A stretch of DNA of 38,968 nt from the sequence record DRR723986_9070; one strand, given 5' to 3'. Of the stretch, positions 36,771 to 38,968 are shown piece after piece. Position numbers and translations under genes: made by a program. The notes beneath the pieces are model-generated. The model made no database searches. It saw only the letters and a program-made list of their open reading frames with translations, and had not been told where the DNA came from. Each line of letters opens with the position of its first letter. Within the stretch, counting starts at the first letter, position 1.

Positions 36771-37493
36771 ATGTCCAACCAGCATCTCCTTATTGTTGAC
36801 GACCACCGCAACATCCGCGAGCCGCTGGCGGACTTTCTGTGTAAGCACGGGTTTCGGGTCAGCCAGGCAGCGAGTGGTCAAGAGGCGCTGTCTATTCTGG
36901 ATCGCGAAGACATCGACCTGGTGGTGCTGGATATCCTGATGCCCGGCGAAAGCGGTCTGGACGTGTGTCGCCGCATTCGCGAAACCAAAGGCACCGCTGT
37001 GATCCTGCTGACCGCAGTGGCGGATGATATGGATAAGATCATCGGCCTTGAGATGGGCGCGGATGATTATGTCACCAAACCGTTTAATCCGCGCGAGCTG
37101 GTTGCCCGGGTCAAAGGCGTCTTGCGGCGGACAAATGCGCTGCCCAAATCTTATACCAATCTGGATGCCGGATCGATCCTGTTTGGCGATTGGACGCTGA
37201 ACACCAACACGCAGATTCTGCACCACGCCGCGCGGCCCGAGGAACCGATCGAGCTGAGCAGTATCGAGTTTCGTCTGCTGACCACTTTTCTGCGCCATCC
37301 GCGCATTCTGATGACACGGGATCAATTGCTGGATCATGTCAGCAACCGCACGGCCTCGGTATTTGACCGCAGTATCGACAATCAGGTCAGCCGCCTGCGT
37401 CGCAAGATCGAAGTTGATCCGAAAAGACCGTTGTATATCAAAACAATTTGGGGCGGTGGGTATCTATTCTCAAGTGACGTGACAAAACTATGA
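36771..37493 (+). CDS. OmpR-family response regulator
   Basis: LIVDD, VLDILMPGESG (phospho-Asp), GADDYVTKPFNPRELVAR, winged helix DRSIDNQVSRLRRKIE...IKTIWGGGY. Confidence 0.96.
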   Translation: MSNQHLLIVDDHRNIREPLADFLCKHGFRVSQAASGQEALSILDREDIDLVVLDILMPGESGLDVCRRIRETKGTAVILLTAVADDMDKIIGLEMGADDYVTKPFNPRELVARVKGVLRRTNALPKSYTNLDAGSILFGDWTLNTNTQILHHAARPEEPIELSSIEFRLLTTFLRHPRILMTRDQLLDHVSNRTASVFDRSIDNQVSRLRRKIEVDPKRPLYIKTIWGGGYLFSSDVTKL

Positions 37494-38842
37494 GGTGGTT
37501 GCCACAGACGTTGGCCGGACAATTTATGGCGGTGATCATTGTCTCGGTGTTTGTCTCACAGGTGTTGGTGTTTGTGATGCTAATCATCAAGACTGACGAC
37601 AAGCTCGAGCAATATGAACAATTGATTGTCTATGATCAGATCGTGACAATCTATAACTATGGCCAATCGCTTTCGGTTTTCGAGCGCGAGCGTTTCTTTG
37701 AAGCCGCCTCGAACCCCGAAATTGCGTATTATCGCACCACACAGCCGCGCGGGAAACCCGTTGACGCCTCAGGCACCTATGGGCGCGTTCTGCACAAGTC
37801 AGGCACCACAGTATTGATCTTTGGGCGTGAGCTGGAGCTTCGGGACGTGTTGGAGTTTTGGTTCGGCGATCTGGACCAAAACTGTTTCGTGACCACTGGA
37901 ACACAACTGGCGGAAACAAATTGTCCTTATTGGGAGCTATCACTACAATTCTCCGAAGGCGACTGGATGGTGGCCACCGGATTGCCTTCGCCCGATACGC
38001 ATTTCCTGTTGGCGCCGTTGTTTGTGTCGGTTTTACTGTCCTTGATCGGCATTACAATTGTCGTGGCGCTCTTGACGCGCGGCTTGACCGCGCCGCTCAG
38101 ACAGCTATCTCAAACGGCTGAGCAAATGGGTCGAGGTGAAGAGCTGCCACCTTTACCAGTATCTGGTCCACGGGAATTGTCGTCTGTGATGTTGGCTTTC
38201 AACGGCATGCAGGAACGGATCACAAGGTTCATACATGATCGCACGACGATGCTGGCTGCGATCAGCCATGATTTGCGTACGCCGATCACCTCGTTGCGCC
38301 TGCGAACAGAATTTGTCGAAGACGAGACTTTAAGGGCGCACATGATAGAAACGCTAAATGACATGCAAACCATGACTGACAGTTTTCTGACCTTTGCCCG
38401 GCAGGACAACTCGCAGGAACCGTTACAGGATTTTGATCTGGTGCAGCTGTGCCAACGCATGGCGCAGGAAACCTCGGGGATGCAGGTCACCGCTGCGGCG
38501 CAATCCTGCCCGTTCCGGGGGCGCAAGGTGGGGATTGGCCGGGCTTTGGCCAATCTGGTTGATAATGCGATCAAATATGGCGGCGCGGCGCATGTGTATG
38601 TCGACCACAGCGACCACCACATCGTGATCCGTGTCGAAGACCCCGGTACAGGCGTGCCCGAGGCCATGCTGAATCACATCTTTTCGCCCTTTACCCGGCT
38701 CGATCAGGCGCGCTCGGTGGTTGAGGGGTCGGTGGGGTTGGGCTTGTCGATTTCCCGGTCCATCATCCGCAAGCACGGTGGCGACATTCGCCCCAAGAAT
38801 GTGCCCGGTGGGTTTCGAATGCAGGTGACATTGCCCAAATAG
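37490..38842 (+). CDS. Sensor histidine kinase (EnvZ-like; 2 TM, HAMP, HisKA, HATPase)
   Basis: AISHDLRTPITSLRL H-box, NLVDNAIKYG N-box, DPGTGVP, GLGLSI. ATGA overlap with the response regulator. Confidence 0.96.
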   Translation: MRWLPQTLAGQFMAVIIVSVFVSQVLVFVMLIIKTDDKLEQYEQLIVYDQIVTIYNYGQSLSVFERERFFEAASNPEIAYYRTTQPRGKPVDASGTYGRVLHKSGTTVLIFGRELELRDVLEFWFGDLDQNCFVTTGTQLAETNCPYWELSLQFSEGDWMVATGLPSPDTHFLLAPLFVSVLLSLIGITIVVALLTRGLTAPLRQLSQTAEQMGRGEELPPLPVSGPRELSSVMLAFNGMQERITRFIHDRTTMLAAISHDLRTPITSLRLRTEFVEDETLRAHMIETLNDMQTMTDSFLTFARQDNSQEPLQDFDLVQLCQRMAQETSGMQVTAAAQSCPFRGRKVGIGRALANLVDNAIKYGGAAHVYVDHSDHHIVIRVEDPGTGVPEAMLNHIFSPFTRLDQARSVVEGSVGLGLSISRSIIRKHGGDIRPKNVPGGFRMQVTLPK

Positions 38843-38968
38843 GTGTGGTTATGTCGCCAACTTGCCCAGCGGGTAATAGAGGCCCCCGGGTGTGCGTCGG
38901 CAGAGGTTTTCGGTCCAACGGTGGCGTAAACTAAGAGCGATTTTGGCTCATCTGGTTTGTTTGATTAT

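Overview
A mosaic accessory region (genomic island or plasmid-like), most likely from an alphaproteobacterium. A Rhodobacteraceae/Roseobacter-type host is inferred from gene content only. From left to right: (1) a decayed metal-homeostasis segment with a MerR regulator and divergent membrane protein, IS3 debris, a Zur-box-preceded Zrg/PA4064-66-like ABC system whose permease has a 97-aa His/acidic insert, and a secreted CxxH protein; (2) a DEDDh exonuclease pseudogene; (3) an L-lactate permease plus HpxW-like gamma-glutamyltransferase operon; (4) DUF1289, MscS, a secreted protein and DUF805; (5) a LysR-TAXI-TRAP-Rid module; (6) a TetR-controlled agmatine/polyamine catabolic and ABC uptake operon; (7) a Tn3 scar; (8) a GC-richer OMF-MFP-RND-MipA operon with a divergent OmpR/EnvZ-type two-component system. 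The most unusual signal is non-coding. The spacers between the modules from about 6.8 kb to 29.3 kb carry one family of degenerate, fixed-spacing repeats: a 67-bp unit CRAATGRCYG-N10-GCTGC-N7-C-N16-AANGKC-N6-GGGCYG in four copies, plus ~30-bp dyads with a 6-bp core. They sit at module boundaries as cassette or recombination sites would, but no cognate recombinase is encoded in the window. No rRNA, tRNA or CRISPR array was recognised. All family calls come from motif recognition by eye, not from database searches.
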